DNA of 64,000 nucleotides from Escherichia coli (GTDB lineage Bacteria; Pseudomonadota; Gammaproteobacteria; Enterobacterales; Enterobacteriaceae): NCBI RefSeq assembly GCF_024298765.1, contig NZ_CP101210.1; one strand, 5' to 3'. Shown piece by piece: positions 12,905 to 24,609 of this stretch (position 1 is its first letter; each line of letters starts with the position of its first letter). The notes under the pieces were generated by a model. It saw only the letters and a program-made list of their open reading frames with translations, ran no database searches and was not told where the DNA came from. The position numbers and the translations under genes were made by a program.

Positions 12905-14045
12905 GCAGCACCTCCAGCAGACGGTCGATATCCTGCATTTCATGCGCTGCGGTTAGCGTTAAGCGCAGTCGCGCAGTACCAGCGGGTACGGTTGGCGGGC
13001 GAATCGCCGTGACCCAGCAGCCTTGCTGGCGCAGTTTTTCTGCCAGTTGTAACGCACGGCTGTTATCACCGACGATCAATGGCTGGATGGCGCTGCATGA
13101 GCCAGCAAGCGTAAACGGCAAATCCTGCACTCCGGCACGAAAACGCGTAATGAGTGCCGCCAGTTTTTCGCGCCGTGCATCCCCCTCATCACTGCGAATG
13201 ACCGCCAGCGACGCACGTAATGCCTGCGCCTGAGCGGGCGGCATACTGGTGCTGTAAATAAGATGGCGGGCAAATTGCACCAGATAATCCGCCACCGTAT
13301 CGGAGCAAAGCACCGCTGCCCCGCTGACGCCAAATCCTTTGCCAAAAGTCACCACCAGCAATTCTGGTTTTACCTTTTGCAGCCAGCAGCTGCCGCGCCC
13401 CTGCTCCCCGATAACGCCCGTGCCGTGGGCATCATCGACCATCAACCAGCCATTGTGCTGTTGCGTTACTTGCTGGATTTCCGCCAGTGGCGCACTATCG
13501 CCGTCCATGCTGAACACGCCTTCTGTCACCACCAGTTGCTGCCCCGGACAGGGGGAAGCAAGCAGTCGCGCCAGATGAGCGACATCGTTATGGGTAAAAC
13601 GTCGAAGCGGCGACGGGCTTAAACTGGCAGCCTCCAGCAATGAGGCATGGCTAAGCCGGTCGGCAACAATACGGTCCTCTTTCGCCATCATCGCGGCAAT
13701 GACAGCCTGATTAGCGGCAAAACCAGAAATAAACAGCAGCGCCCGCGAATAGCCCAGCCATTCGGCCAGTTCTTCTTCCAGCACCTGGTGCGCCACGCTA
13801 TAACCGCTGACGTGACCGGAACCGCCGCTACCGACACCAAATTGATCCGCGCCCTGCTGCCAGGCGCGGATAATTTGCGGATGATGGCTTAAACCTAAAT
13901 AATCGTTACTGGAAAAGTTCAGATACTGGCAATCATCTGCCACCAGCCAGCGTCCGGCTCCTTGTGCCACCGGATAACGGCGACGCAAGGCATCAGCAAC
14001 ACGCCGCGCATCAAGCGCCGCGTCGATTTTCTCCTGCCAGATCAT
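12891..14045 (-). CDS. bioF: 8-amino-7-oxononanoate synthase
   Basis: 384-aa PLP-dependent ORF, recognised BioF. Confidence 0.95.
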
Positions 14046-15082
14046 AGTGCTGCCGCGTTGTAATATTCGTCAGTGTCCGGGGTCATCAGCGCCTGCTCCA
14101 GACGCTGCTGTTGTTCGTTATCGCCCGCCAGCACGGCAGTTTGCTGCGGATTTAGCCCCAGTTTGCGGAACAGTTGCAGGTCTTTATCTTCTTCCGGATT
14201 CGGCGTAGTCAGCAGTTTGCAACCGTAGAAAATCGAGTTTGCGCCAGCCATAAAGCACATCGCCTGAGTCTGTTCGTTCATCTGCTCGCGTCCGGCAGAA
14301 AGGCGTACGTAAGAGGTCGGCATCATGATCCGCGCTACGGCAATGGTGCGAATAAAATCAAAGGCATCGACATCATCGTTATCCGCCAGCGGTGTGCCTT
14401 TCACCTTCACCAGCATGTTGATTGGCACGCTTTCCGGCGGCGTCGGCAGGTTTGCCAGTTGCAGTAATAATCCGGCGCGATCTTTCACCGTTTCGCCTAA
14501 GCCCACAATGCCACCTGAACAGACTTTAATCCCAGCTTCTCGCACTTTTTCCAGCGTATCGAGACGTTCCTGATAAGTGCGGGTGGTGATGATATTGCCG
14601 TAAAACTCCGGCGAGGTGTCGAGGTTGTGGTTATAGTAATCCAGCCCGGCATTCGCCAGGCGCTGCGCTTGAGATTCACTCAACGTGCCCAGCGTCATAC
14701 ACGCCTCCAGACCCATCGCTTTTACCCCCTGCACCATTTGTTCCAGGTACGGCATATCGCGTTCGTGGGGATTCTTCCACGCCGCGCCCATACAGAAACG
14801 CGTCGATCCCGCCGCTTTCGCTTTGCGCGCCGACTCCAGCACCTGTTCAACTTCCATCAACCGCTCGGCTTCCAGCCCGGTTTTGTAGCGCGAGCTTTGC
14901 GGGCAATATTTGCAATCTTCCGGACAAGCTCCGGTCTTAATCGACAGCAAAGTGCTGACCTGCACCTGACGAGGATCGAAATGCTGACGATGCACCTGCT
15001 GCGCTTCAAACAGCAGATCCAGCAACGGTTTTTCAAATAATTCTGTGACTTGCGACAATGTCCAGCGTGGGCGGTGAGCCAT
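14042..15082 (-). CDS. bioB: biotin synthase (radical SAM)
   Basis: 346-aa ORF with CPEDCKYC radical-SAM motif. Confidence 0.96.
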
Positions 15083-15121
15083 GGGGCTTCTCCAAAACGT
15101 GTTTTTTGTTGTTAATTCGGT

Positions 15122-15161
15122 GTAGACTCGTAAACCTAAATCTTTTCAATTTGGTTTACAA
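15122..15161. promoter_or_regulatory. bio operator (BirA binding site) in divergent bioB/bioA promoter
   Basis: Imperfect 40-bp palindrome gtagactcgtaaacctaaatcttttcaatttggtttacaa matching the known bioO. Confidence 0.85.
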
Positions 15162-15168
15162 GTCGATT

Positions 15169-16458
15169 ATGACAACGGACGATCTTGCCTTTGACCAACG
15201 CCATATCTGGCACCCATACACATCCATGACCTCCCCGCTGCCGGTTTATCCGGTGGCAAGCGCCGAAGGTTGCGAGCTAATTTTGTCTGACGGCAGGCGC
15301 CTGGTTGACGGTATGTCGTCCTGGTGGGCGGCGATCCACGGTTACAATCACCCGCAGCTTAATGCGGCGATGAAGTCGCAAATTGATGCTATGTCGCATG
15401 TGATGTTTGGCGGTATCACCCATGCGCCCGCCATTGAGCTGTGCCGCAAATTGGTGGCAATGACGCCGCAACCGCTGGAGTGCGTTTTTCTCGCGGACTC
15501 CGGCTCCGTAGCGGTAGAAGTGGCGATGAAAATGGCGTTGCAGTACTGGCAGGCCAAAGGCGAAGCGCGCCAGCGTTTTCTAACCTTCCGCAATGGTTAT
15601 CATGGCGATACCTTTGGCGCGATGTCGGTGTGCGATCCGGACAACTCAATGCACAGCCTGTGGAAAGGCTATCTGCCAGAAAACCTGTTTGCTCCCGCCC
15701 CGCAAAGCCGCATGGATGGCGAATGGGATGAGCGCAATATGGTGGGCTTTGCCCGCCTGATGGCAGCGCATCGTCATGAAATCGCGGCGGTGATCATTGA
15801 ACCGATTGTCCAGGGCGCAGGCGGGATGCGCATGTACCATCCGGAATGGTTAAAACGAATCCGCAAAATGTGCGATCGCGAAGGTATCTTGCTGATTGCC
15901 GACGAGATCGCCACCGGATTTGGTCGTACCGGCAAACTGTTTGCCTGTGAACATGCAGAAATCGCGCCGGATATTTTGTGTCTCGGTAAAGCCTTAACCG
16001 GCGGCACAATGACCCTTTCCGCCACGCTCACCACGCGCGAGGTTGCGGAAACCATCAGTAACGGCGAAGCCGGCTGCTTTATGCATGGGCCAACTTTTAT
16101 GGGCAATCCGCTGGCCTGCGCAGCAGCAAACGCCAGCCTGGCGATTCTTGAATCTGGCGACTGGCAGCATCAGGTGGCGGCTATTGAAGCGCAGCTACGC
16201 GAGCAACTTGCCCCCGCCTGTGACGCCGAAATGGTTGCCGATGTGCGCGTACTGGGGGCAATCGGCGTGGTCGAAACCACTCGTCCGGTGAATATGGCAG
16301 CGCTGCAAAAATTCTTTGTCGAACAGGGGGTATGGATCCGGCCTTTTGGCAAACTGATTTACCTGATGCCGCCCTATATTATTCTCCCGCAACAGTTGCA
16401 GCGTCTGACCGCAGCGGTTAACCGTGCGGTGCAGGATGAAACATTTTTTTGCCAATAA
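15169..16458 (+). CDS. bioA: adenosylmethionine-8-amino-7-oxononanoate aminotransferase
   Basis: 429 aa from [19 protein letters not shown]; ORF-track 466-aa start would run through bioO and is rejected. Confidence 0.95.
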   Translation: MTTDDLAFDQRHIWHPYTSMTSPLPVYPVASAEGCELILSDGRRLVDGMSSWWAAIHGYNHPQLNAAMKSQIDAMSHVMFGGITHAPAIELCRKLVAMTPQPLECVFLADSGSVAVEVAMKMALQYWQAKGEARQRFLTFRNGYHGDTFGAMSVCDPDNSMHSLWKGYLPENLFAPAPQSRMDGEWDERNMVGFARLMAAHRHEIAAVIIEPIVQGAGGMRMYHPEWLKRIRKMCDREGILLIADEIATGFGRTGKLFACEHAEIAPDILCLGKALTGGTMTLSATLTTREVAETISNGEAGCFMHGPTFMGNPLACAAANASLAILESGDWQHQVAAIEAQLREQLAPACDAEMVADVRVLGAIGVVETTRPVNMAALQKFFVEQGVWIRPFGKLIYLMPPYIILPQQLQRLTAAVNRAVQDETFFCQ

Positions 16459-16516
16459 CGGGAAGTCAGCGTGAGGGTTTCTGGCTACACTTTCTGCAAA
16501 CAAGAAAGGAGGGTTC

Positions 16517-16993
16517 ATGAAACTCATCAGTAACGATCTGCGCGATGGCGATAAGCTGCCGCATCGTCATGTCTTTAACGGCATGGGTTACGATGGCGAT
16601 AATATTTCACCGCATCTGGCGTGGGATGATGTTCCTGTGGGAACGAAAAGTTTTGTTGTCACCTGCTATGACCCGGATGCGCCAACCGGCTCCGGCTGGT
16701 GGCACTGGGTAGTTGTTAATTTACCCGCTGATACCCGCGTATTACCGCAAGGGTTTGGCTCTGGTCTGGTAGCAATGCCAGACGGCGTTTTGCAGACGCG
16801 TACCGACTTTGGTAAAACCGGGTACGATGGTGCAGCGCCGCCGAAAGGCGAAACCCATCGCTACATTTTTACCGTTCACGCGCTGGATGTAGAACGTATT
16901 GATGTCGATGAAGGTGCCAGCGGCGCGATGGTCGGGTTTAACGTTCATTTCCACTCTCTGGCAAGCGCCTCGATTACTGCGATGTTTAGTTAA
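16517..16993 (+). CDS. ybhB: PEBP-family protein YbhB
   Basis: 158-aa ORF, recognised YbhB; last chromosomal gene before the lambda att site. Confidence 0.92.
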   Translation: MKLISNDLRDGDKLPHRHVFNGMGYDGDNISPHLAWDDVPVGTKSFVVTCYDPDAPTGSGWWHWVVVNLPADTRVLPQGFGSGLVAMPDGVLQTRTDFGKTGYDGAAPPKGETHRYIFTVHALDVERIDVDEGASGAMVGFNVHFHSLASASITAMFS

Positions 16994-17083
16994 TCACTCT
17001 GCCAGATGGCGCAATGCCATCTGGTATCACTTAAAGGTATTAAAAACAACTTTTTGTCTTTTTACCTTCCCGTTTCGCTAAAG

Positions 17084-17250
17084 TTAGTATAAAAAAGTTG
17101 AATGTGAAACGGTAAAAACAATTAATATCAACGGCTTATAATTGATTCAGTCTAAAAAATAGACTGCATAATGCTACAAAACACAACATATCCAGTCACT
17201 ATGAATCAACCACTTAGATGGTATTAGTGACCTGTAACAGAGCATTAGCG
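17084..17250. other. prophage attachment junction (attR-type: bacterial arm, core, phage P arm)
   Basis: Core ttagtataaaaaagt at 17084-17098 = reverse complement of lambda core GCTTTTTTATACTAA with one mismatch; followed by sequence matching the lambda attP P arm (ctgttacaggtcactaataccatctaag...cagtcactat). Confidence 0.8.
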
Positions 17251-17286
17251 CAAGGTGATTTTTTTGTCTTCTTGCGCTAATTTTTT
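17245..17286 (+). terminator. sib/tI-like hairpin terminator just beyond att
   Basis: ttagcgcaag...cttgcgctaa inverted repeat followed by TTTTTT; position relative to att matches lambda tI/sib. Confidence 0.55.
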
Positions 17287-17322
17287 GTCAACACACTGGG
17301 TTAGCTGAATTTACAACCACGC

Positions 17323-17544
17323 TCAGTATCTCGATAAGCGCAGAGAAATGATGCAGTGGTGGGCGGATTGGCTTGATGAAAAAGTGGAGTAATCCGGACC
17401 GTACTTCTTTATCCAGGCATAAAGGCTGTGGGTGGTGATATCGAGACGTGTTGCAACGCTGGCAACAGAATAACCGCGATCAATAACCTGTTTGACTGCT
17501 TCAGTTTTAAACTCTTCGGGATAACGCTTACCGCTCATGGGCAC
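17323..17544 (-). pseudogene. IS3-family transposase OrfA fragment (truncated)
   Basis: N-terminal HTH region MSGKRYPEEFK...YSVASVATRLDITTHSLYAWIKKYG then out-of-frame tail. Confidence 0.7.
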
Positions 17545-17688
17545 CTCTCTTTAAGCCATCTTAAATGACTCTGAGGTGTCTGTTAAACCCGTGGCGATTC
17601 AAAACTGCGTGTTACGTTCGCCCTGGACTGTTGCGATCGTGAAGCCATAGACTGGGCCGCAAGCACGGGAGGTTACGATAAAGCGACA

Positions 17689-18054
17689 GTGCAGGATGTC
17701 ATGTTAGGAGCGATAGAAAAACGCTTTGGCGATAAAGTACCGGAACAGTCCATCCAGTGGCTGACAGATAACGGTTCAGCGTATAGAGCGCATGAAACAC
17801 GGCAGTTCGCCAGAGAGTTGAATCTGGAGCCCTGCACAACGGCAATCAGCAGTCCTCAGAGTAATGGAATGGCAGAAAGGTTCGTGAAAACGATGAAGGA
17901 AGACTACATCGCGTTCATGCCGAAACCGAATGTAAGAACGGCATTGCATAATCTTGCAGTGGCGATCGAACATTACAATGAAAACCATCCGCACAGTGCG
18001 CTGGGTTATCGCTCTCCGCGAGAATATCGACGTCAGCGGGTAACGTTAACTTAA
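17689..18054 (+). pseudogene. DDE transposase (IS3-family integrase core) C-terminal fragment
   Basis: TDNGSAY...[11 protein letters not shown]-core motifs; opposite strand to the OrfA fragment, so rearranged IS remnants. Confidence 0.65.
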
Positions 18055-18095
18055 GATACACCCCCTGTCTGGAAATAAGGGGGCAAGAACAATGA

Positions 18096-18848
18096 TCAGA
18101 TTCCCTGGTGAGTAAGAATTTTACTTTCTGAACTCCTCTGAGAGTATTGACTTGGAGAAACACCAAAATAACGTCTAAATACATAAGTAAAGTATGAGAC
18201 ACTGGCATAACCACAGACCTTAGCTACTTTACTAATAGGATAACAACGAGTGCTGAGTAAATATTCAGCCATTTGCATCCTCTCATCAAGTATGATCTTA
18301 CTGAATGATACCCCCTCTTCTTTCAATTTCATCTTTAGTAAACTTTCGCTGAGATATAATCTTGATGATATATCCTTAAGACGCCATGGTGCAGATAAAT
18401 CCGTATGAATAATCGTTTTAACTTTAGCCCCTGTGCTTTTCAAACATCCAAACAGAAATACTCCAAATTGTTTTTCAGAAGAAAATGCAGAGAGACATGT
18501 AAAAGCAATAGACTCATCAAAAATTTCTATGTATTCAGCACAGTGATTAGCCCAACTAATTAATCCTTTAATTAAACTGAAGTCAGCAAAGTTTATTTTT
18601 AAATAAGATGGATATTCCCTACAATCAGAAATATCCCTTAAGTTATTAGCTTTCAAATAGCGACTAATAAACTCAGCGCCAAAATCCGCCACTATCACTC
18701 TTTCAGGATATGTCAGGAAAAAATCTCTAGAGCTAGAGTCGACAAGTACAGATGAACCTCTCTCCAGAAACACACTCTCTTTTCCGAAATAAACATCAAA
18801 GGACTCCAAAATCAATATAACTGAACATGTAGTTGCCATATCATCCAC
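18096..18848 (-). CDS. AraC/XylS-family regulator, AppY/YdeO/GadX-like
   Basis: Low-GC ORF; N-terminus MATTCSVILI... and C-terminal HTH WRLKDISSRLYLSESLLKMKLK...CGYASVSYFTYVFRRYFGVSP resemble AppY/YdeO; start may be the 4th codon. Confidence 0.8.
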   Translation of the reverse strand: MDDMATTCSVILILESFDVYFGKESVFLERGSSVLVDSSSRDFFLTYPERVIVADFGAEFISRYLKANNLRDISDCREYPSYLKINFADFSLIKGLISWANHCAEYIEIFDESIAFTCLSAFSSEKQFGVFLFGCLKSTGAKVKTIIHTDLSAPWRLKDISSRLYLSESLLKMKLKEEGVSFSKIILDERMQMAEYLLSTRCYPISKVAKVCGYASVSYFTYVFRRYFGVSPSQYSQRSSESKILTHQGI

Positions 18849-19060
18849 CCAATTTAACTGAAACCTGGATGAAGTATATGCATATAAAGTTCACTTTGCC
18901 AAACTTCAGTATAAAAAACCACATAAAAAATAGGGTGTGATAAAAAATACCGTAACAATAAAGCAAAGGATTATAAAATCCGTTACAGTTACAAATGATA
19001 CTCAAGAAACAATTCCTTAGGAAAAACTTATTTACAGCCAATAAGGGTAATGACTCGAAC

Positions 19061-19564
19061 TTATTGATAGTGTTTTATGTTCAGATAATGCCCGATGACT
19101 TTGTCATGCAGCTCCACCGATTTTGAGAACGACAGCGACTTCCGTCCCAGCCGTGCCAGGTGCTGCCTCAGATTCAGGTTATGCCGCTCAATTCGCTGCG
19201 TATATCGCTTGCTGATTACGTGCAGCTTTCCCTTCAGGCGGGATTCATACAGCGGCCAGCCATCCGTCATCCATATCACCACGTCAAAGGGTGACAGCAG
19301 GCTCATAAGACGCCCCAGCGTCGCCATAGTGCGTTCACCGAATACGTGCGCAACAACCGTCTTCCGGAGCCTGTCATACGCGTAAAACAGCCAGCGCTGG
19401 CGCGATTTAGCCCCGACATAGCCCCACTGTTCGTCCATTTCCGCGCAGACGATGACGTCACTGCCCGGCTGTATGCGCGAGGTTACCGACTGCGGCCTGA
19501 GTTTTTTAAGTGACGTAAAATCGTGTTGAGGCCAACGCCCATAATGCGGGCAGTTGCCCGGCAT
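19061..19564 (-). CDS. insB: IS1 transposase InsB
   Basis: 167-aa ORF identical in pattern to IS1 InsB. Confidence 0.93.
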
Positions 19565-19758
19565 CCAACGCCATTCATGGCCATATCAATGATTTTCTGG
19601 TGCGTACCGGGTTGAGAAGCGGTGTAAGTGAACTGCAGTTGCCATGTTTTACGGCAGTGAGAGCAGAGATAGCGCTGATGTCCGGCGGTGCTTTTGCCGT
19701 TACGCACCACCCCGTCAGTAGCTGAACAGGAGGGACAGCTGATAGAAACAGAAGCCAC
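19483..19758 (-). CDS. insA: IS1 InsA
   Basis: 91-aa [33 protein letters not shown]... Confidence 0.93.
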
Positions 19759-20562
19759 TGGAGCACCTCAAAAACACCATCATACACTAAATCAGTAAGT
19801 TGGCAGCATCACCAGCCTTCTTGAGGCTACCACCTGTTTTCAGGTGTCATTCAGACGTGATTTGCCCCAGATTGGGAAAGCACGCTTTTTTCTCAGCTAT
19901 CGTCCTCTTATTTTGCCGTTACATTTCTTTTTGCACTCTAATGATTAATTTACAATAATAATATCGGTAATTATTGAGTAATAATAAATTGATTATTGCA
20001 AATGTAATTTAATTCCATCTTCGCGTTATATTCCAATCTTTAATCTCCGCATGGAACAAGTTGCATGCGTGACTATATTAAGACAACTTATAACCACCAA
20101 AACATTTGCTTTGCAAGCAAAAACAGTGACCATTGACTCTAAGAAAATTCCGATCTATTGTTAGGGTCATCAAAGTTACTTAACAGTATTCCGAAATGAA
20201 AATACAAAGCAAGCTAATTGTCTTATTAAACATTATTATTGCATTTATATTATTTGAGCTTTTAGCTCAAAAATTTGGTTTGAGTACATTATTTTAAAGC
20301 AAGATAAACAATATCGGGCACTCTAGTTTTTATAATTAACAATTAAACGTCCATGAAATGTTATTTACTTTTCTTCGCTATTGTCATATCTTAATATAGT
20401 GGCTTACGCCACTCTACTTTCATCACATTTTGTACGTTTATGTACTCGCCATGAAGCTCTTTCATGGCGATTTTTTATTCTTAATCCAAGAACATACTCC
20501 CTACCTATAGCAAAATCACTTTTTTAACAAAAGAATAACGTATTTAGGTAATCATTACGAAT

Positions 20563-21144
20563 TTACCCTATAGGTGCTACTGGCCATTCAATATCCGGTG
20601 CAGTTGTTGTATTAACACGGTTCAGCAACACCCGATACTTCTTCCAGGCTTCCAGCAACGAGATTTCTTCCTCCGTTGCGATTTCCAGATCTACAGCATC
20701 CTGAAGTGGCGCAATATGCTCACTGGCTACCTGCATCAGGCTGTTTTTTGTTTCTTCTGCCTCCCGGATCCGGAACAGTTTTTCTGCTTCCGTATCCTTC
20801 ACCCAGGCTGTGCCGTTCCACTTCTGAAACTCCCCTTCCGGCGATAACCAGGTAACATTTTCCGCTAACGGACCGAGTTCAGAAATAAATAACGCGTCGC
20901 CGGAAGCCACGTCATAGACCGTTTTACCCCGATGGTCTTCAACGAGATGCCACGATGCCTCATCACTGTTGAAAACAGCCACAAAGCCAGCCGGAATATC
21001 TGGCGGTGCAATATCGGTACTGTTTGCTGGCAGACCTGTATGAGGCGGAATATATGCGTCACCTTCACCAATAAATTCATTAGTTCCGGCCAGCAGATTA
21101 TAAATTGTTATGGTCCGTGGTTGTTCACTCATTCTGAATGCCAT
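20563..21144 (-). CDS. tfa: tail fiber assembly protein
   Basis: 193-aa ORF matching lambda Tfa ([12 protein letters not shown]...IEWP). Confidence 0.92.
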   Translation of the reverse strand: MAFRMSEQPRTITIYNLLAGTNEFIGEGDAYIPPHTGLPANSTDIAPPDIPAGFVAVFNSDEASWHLVEDHRGKTVYDVASGDALFISELGPLAENVTWLSPEGEFQKWNGTAWVKDTEAEKLFRIREAEETKNSLMQVASEHIAPLQDAVDLEIATEEEISLLEAWKKYRVLLNRVNTTTAPDIEWPVAPIG

Positions 21145-24100
21145 TATGCAAGCCTCACAATATAGTTAAATGCGATGTTTTTGACGGTGTTTTCCGCGTT
21201 ACCAGCAGCGTTAACGGTGATGGTGTGTCCATGTGAGCCAATCGCAACCGAGTGCGTATGAGCACCAATACCGACAGTATGTGCGTGTGCACCTGCGCTT
21301 GCAGCAGTGCCGGACAGTGAGTGGGTATGAGCACCATCTGATGATGTCTTCCCTGCATTACGAGTCTGGCCACTACCGCTTGTTGTGCTCATAATCCCCG
21401 CGCTTGGATTTGAAATCGCGGTATAACCATTAGGGAAAATGCTCGTGTTCGTGCCACCAAATGCACCGGAACTCTTGTGTTGGTGCGCACCGGCACTATT
21501 TGCGGTCCCGCTAATACTATGGGTATGCGCCCCGGTGTTATTCGTGGATTTGGTTCCGTAATCAAACGACGATGTGGTTTTCGTCCCCAAATCCGTACTG
21601 GATGCGCTGGCGCTGTGGGTATGCGATTTAATGCCGTCCTGTTCCTGAGACAATACGGCCCGACCACTGGCAGGTTTGCCCTTAATCGTCCAGCCACGCA
21701 TATCAGGGATCACGCCTGACGGATAAGCCGCTGCAAGTTTCGGGTAGGCAGATTTGTCAAAAGCCTGCCCCTGCATCAGGGCATAGCCAGACGGAACGGT
21801 ATCTGATGGCCACGGGATTGGTGCGCCGACTGGGTAGCTTTCTGGTGGAAGATTTTTCGAGGTATAAACTTCTGCCCAGTCTTCCTCAAAACCATAGCCA
21901 TCTCTTGAGGAACGGTAGAACAGACCTCCATTTCTGTAATGCGCCTTCATCTGCAGGGTCCGGCAACTTCCGACTCCGGTATAGAAGTTAACCAGAATAT
22001 AGCTGTCGCCAGAGCGGGTGACATTGTAAGCGCCTGATTCGGCATTCCAGGGAACGCCACCATCCGCATCGGCATATGTATCCGTTGCCCTTCTGGCAAA
22101 AGCAGCCACATGCGCGGCGGTTAAAGTAATATCTTTGGAACCATCAAACTCAACACCAGAAACCAGTCTTGGCGTTTGCAGCTTTGTTGCTGTTAATGCA
22201 TTACCGTTCAGACTTGCGGACAGTTTGGTTCCAATAATCAGTTCGCCGGTTGCGTTATCAATAGCAAACGGTCTTAATGTATTCCAGCCACCATAAACAT
22301 CACCTTGATTGGTAAGCAGCAGGTAAGTTTTAGCGCCATCATTACGCCATAATGCACCATACTCCCCACCTATCATTCGAATCTGATTACCACCACGCGC
22401 TACAATTTCGTCTGTGGCAAAAAGTTTTTTGCACGACAAGTTATCGTTAACGATTAACGAATGAGACTCATAAAAACCACGCCCACTCTTAAAATCAAGG
22501 ATAACGTCCGCCGCGATACATTCAGTCGCCGGATTTGTTGCCCCAAACTTATAGGTCGTATCATTAACAACGAGATCAGCACCAGGTGCGGATATTGACA
22601 GGCCATCTTCGATAAACGCAAAAACAGGGAAAGCAGCGCCATCAACATAGAACACAGAGCGCAAATCATCGCCCTTATTACTCATCATTATTGAGTGGAT
22701 GGCTCGTTCATTGTTTTGATATTGCCAGAACATTCCATAAGCATAACGCCCCCTGTCAGTCCAGCCACCAGGCATAACAAATCCGTTAAACTCGCAGTTA
22801 TTCATCGGATCGCCTGCGGTTCGCGTTGCCGTGGTGATAATGACCCTTGATGCCAGTTCGCTTACTGAGCCAGCAGAACGCATAACAACAACAGGGTAAT
22901 ATTTTCCAGATGTTGCACCTGCAGGAGCGTTAACCCGCACATAACGCATACCACGCTTATCAGCAAAGTCTGTTTTACTGACCGCGTTAATGTTGTTCAG
23001 GAAGCGTCCCTTATCGGGTATATCAGCGCCGTTCTGGTCTTTCTGCAGACGTTTCTCTGCATTGTCATAGGCTGATTTTACTGCCTTTGGCGTTGCCGCC
23101 AGCGTTTCAGACGTACTGTTGGTCGCACTGCTGAGCTGTACTACCCCCTTTTTCGTCGTGCTCGCATCCTCAAGCGCCACGGCGGATGCAATATCCTCTG
23201 CCCGTTTTGCCGCTGTCTCGGCGCGCGTTGCCGCGGATTCCGCCGTACTTTTGCTCTGTGCTGCCGCTGCCGCACTGCCAGCTGCCTCTGTCGCCTTCGT
23301 GGATGCTGTCGTGGCGCTGCCCTTCGCTGCTGACGCCTGTCTGGTCGCCTCATCTTTTGAAGCAGACGCCGATGATGCCGATGACGCCGCCGAACTGGCT
23401 GACGATGCGGCAGCCGTTTTTGAGGATTCTGCGCTGGTTTCCGACGCTTTCGCGTTCGTTTCGGATGTCTTCGCTGCGGAAGCAGACCTCGCTGCTGCGC
23501 TGGCCTGTTCAGTGGCTTCGCCAGCCTTCGTTGTGGCTGTTGAAGCAGACGATGCGGCACTTTCTGCCGACTTTCCGGCAGCGGTGGCACTGGCTGAGGC
23601 CTGCCCGGCACTTGTTGACGCGGCGCTGGCAGACGACGCAGCCGCTGTTTTTGAGCCTGCCGCAGCTGAGGCACTCTGTCCCGCTGCCGTTTCAGAAGAC
23701 TTAGCGTTCGTCTCGGACGTTTTGGCCGCCTTCGCAGAATTTGCTGTCGCCGTTGCCGAGGAAGCTGCGCTGCTGGCGCTCGAGGCTGCGCTCGTTTCTG
23801 ATGATTTTGCCGCCTCTTTTGAAGCTGACGCATCCCGGGCTGAGGTGGCAGCTTCTGACGCTTTCGTGGTCGCGGTGGATGCAGAAGTGGCTGCTGATTG
23901 TTGTGACGCTGCCGCATTCGTTTCTGACGTTTTCGCCGCAGCGGCACTGGTGGCCGCCGCGCTTTTTGAGGACTCTGCAGCGGCAGCACTTTTTTCCGCT
24001 TCAGTGGCCTTTGTTGATGCCGTTCCTGCGCTGGAAGACGCTGACTGAGCCGACGACGCGGCCTGTCCGGCTGACGTGCTGGCTGCGCGTGCTGAGCCTG

Positions 24101-24551
24101 CAGCATCAGTCGCATGGGTTGCCGCCTCACGGGCTGATGTGCCGGCATCGCTGGCTGACTTCTTCGCGGCTGCCGTGTTCTGTGCCACCGCGGACGCGTT
24201 ACGCGCCACCTCTTCCACCATCAGTTCAAAACGGCGCAGAGCCTCAGGACGGGCATCATCCTCTGTCATGGCACCGAGAAAATCATTCAGCGTACCGGGT
24301 TGAGAATCTTCATACACGGTGATGGTCCCGGCATGTGACGGCGGGAATCCCTCCACCAACAGAATAACGCTGTACTGACCGTACTCAACGTCCATACTGT
24401 AACGCCCGGCTTCATCCGGATTTTCAGATGCCAGCGTGTTCACCACCACCGTGGTGCTGTTACGTTTTGCTTTCAGCTGGATTGTGCAGTTCTGTACCGG
24501 TTTTCCTGTGCCGTCTTTCAGTACACCTGAAATCTTTACTGCCATATTCAC
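21144..24551 (-). CDS. stf: side tail fiber protein
   Basis: 1135-aa ORF; conserved N-terminus ([17 protein letters not shown]), long Ala/Ser/Thr-rich repeat region, His-box (GAHTHS) C-terminal tip. Confidence 0.9.
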   Translation of the reverse strand: MNMAVKISGVLKDGTGKPVQNCTIQLKAKRNSTTVVVNTLASENPDEAGRYSMDVEYGQYSVILLVEGFPPSHAGTITVYEDSQPGTLNDFLGAMTEDDARPEALRRFELMVEEVARNASAVAQNTAAAKKSASDAGTSAREAATHATDAAGSARAASTSAGQAASSAQSASSSAGTASTKATEAEKSAAAAESSKSAAATSAAAAKTSETNAAASQQSAATSASTATTKASEAATSARDASASKEAAKSSETSAASSASSAASSATATANSAKAAKTSETNAKSSETAAGQSASAAAGSKTAAASSASAASTSAGQASASATAAGKSAESAASSASTATTKAGEATEQASAAARSASAAKTSETNAKASETSAESSKTAAASSASSAASSASSASASKDEATRQASAAKGSATTASTKATEAAGSAAAAAQSKSTAESAATRAETAAKRAEDIASAVALEDASTTKKGVVQLSSATNSTSETLAATPKAVKSAYDNAEKRLQKDQNGADIPDKGRFLNNINAVSKTDFADKRGMRYVRVNAPAGATSGKYYPVVVMRSAGSVSELASRVIITTATRTAGDPMNNCEFNGFVMPGGWTDRGRYAYGMFWQYQNNERAIHSIMMSNKGDDLRSVFYVDGAAFPVFAFIEDGLSISAPGADLVVNDTTYKFGATNPATECIAADVILDFKSGRGFYESHSLIVNDNLSCKKLFATDEIVARGGNQIRMIGGEYGALWRNDGAKTYLLLTNQGDVYGGWNTLRPFAIDNATGELIIGTKLSASLNGNALTATKLQTPRLVSGVEFDGSKDITLTAAHVAAFARRATDTYADADGGVPWNAESGAYNVTRSGDSYILVNFYTGVGSCRTLQMKAHYRNGGLFYRSSRDGYGFEEDWAEVYTSKNLPPESYPVGAPIPWPSDTVPSGYALMQGQAFDKSAYPKLAAAYPSGVIPDMRGWTIKGKPASGRAVLSQEQDGIKSHTHSASASSTDLGTKTTSSFDYGTKSTNNTGAHTHSISGTANSAGAHQHKSSGAFGGTNTSIFPNGYTAISNPSAGIMSTTSGSGQTRNAGKTSSDGAHTHSLSGTAASAGAHAHTVGIGAHTHSVAIGSHGHTITVNAAGNAENTVKNIAFNYIVRLA

Positions 24552-24552
24552 C

Positions 24553-24583
24553 CCACAAAAAAGCCCGCCTGAAACGGCGGGCT
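24553..24583 (-). terminator. rho-independent terminator between lom and stf
   Basis: gcccgccgtttcaggcgggc hairpin followed by TTTTTTGTGGGG on the minus strand. Confidence 0.6.
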
Positions 24584-24609
24584 GTCATAACACTGTGTTA
24601 CCTGGCTAA

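Larger units (their letters stand above)
19046..19813 (-). mobile_element. IS1 insertion sequence (768 bp)
   Basis: Both terminal inverted repeats (ggtaatgactc... / ...tggcagcatcacc) and insA/insB present; flanking 9-mers differ (gccaataag vs agccttctt), so no target-site duplication. Confidence 0.95.

Noticed and set aside
15058-15168. N-terminal extension of bioA (466-aa ORF-track version)
   Set aside because: The extension would be translated across the bio operator and promoter; the known BioA begins at [10 protein letters not shown] (15169).
23119-24322. Several long ORFs on both strands (309, 335, 172 and 193 aa) inside stf
   Set aside because: They lie within the Ala/Ser/Thr-rich repeat tract of stf, where GC-rich periodic codons keep all frames open; extreme Ala or Arg/Pro composition; no independent start signals.
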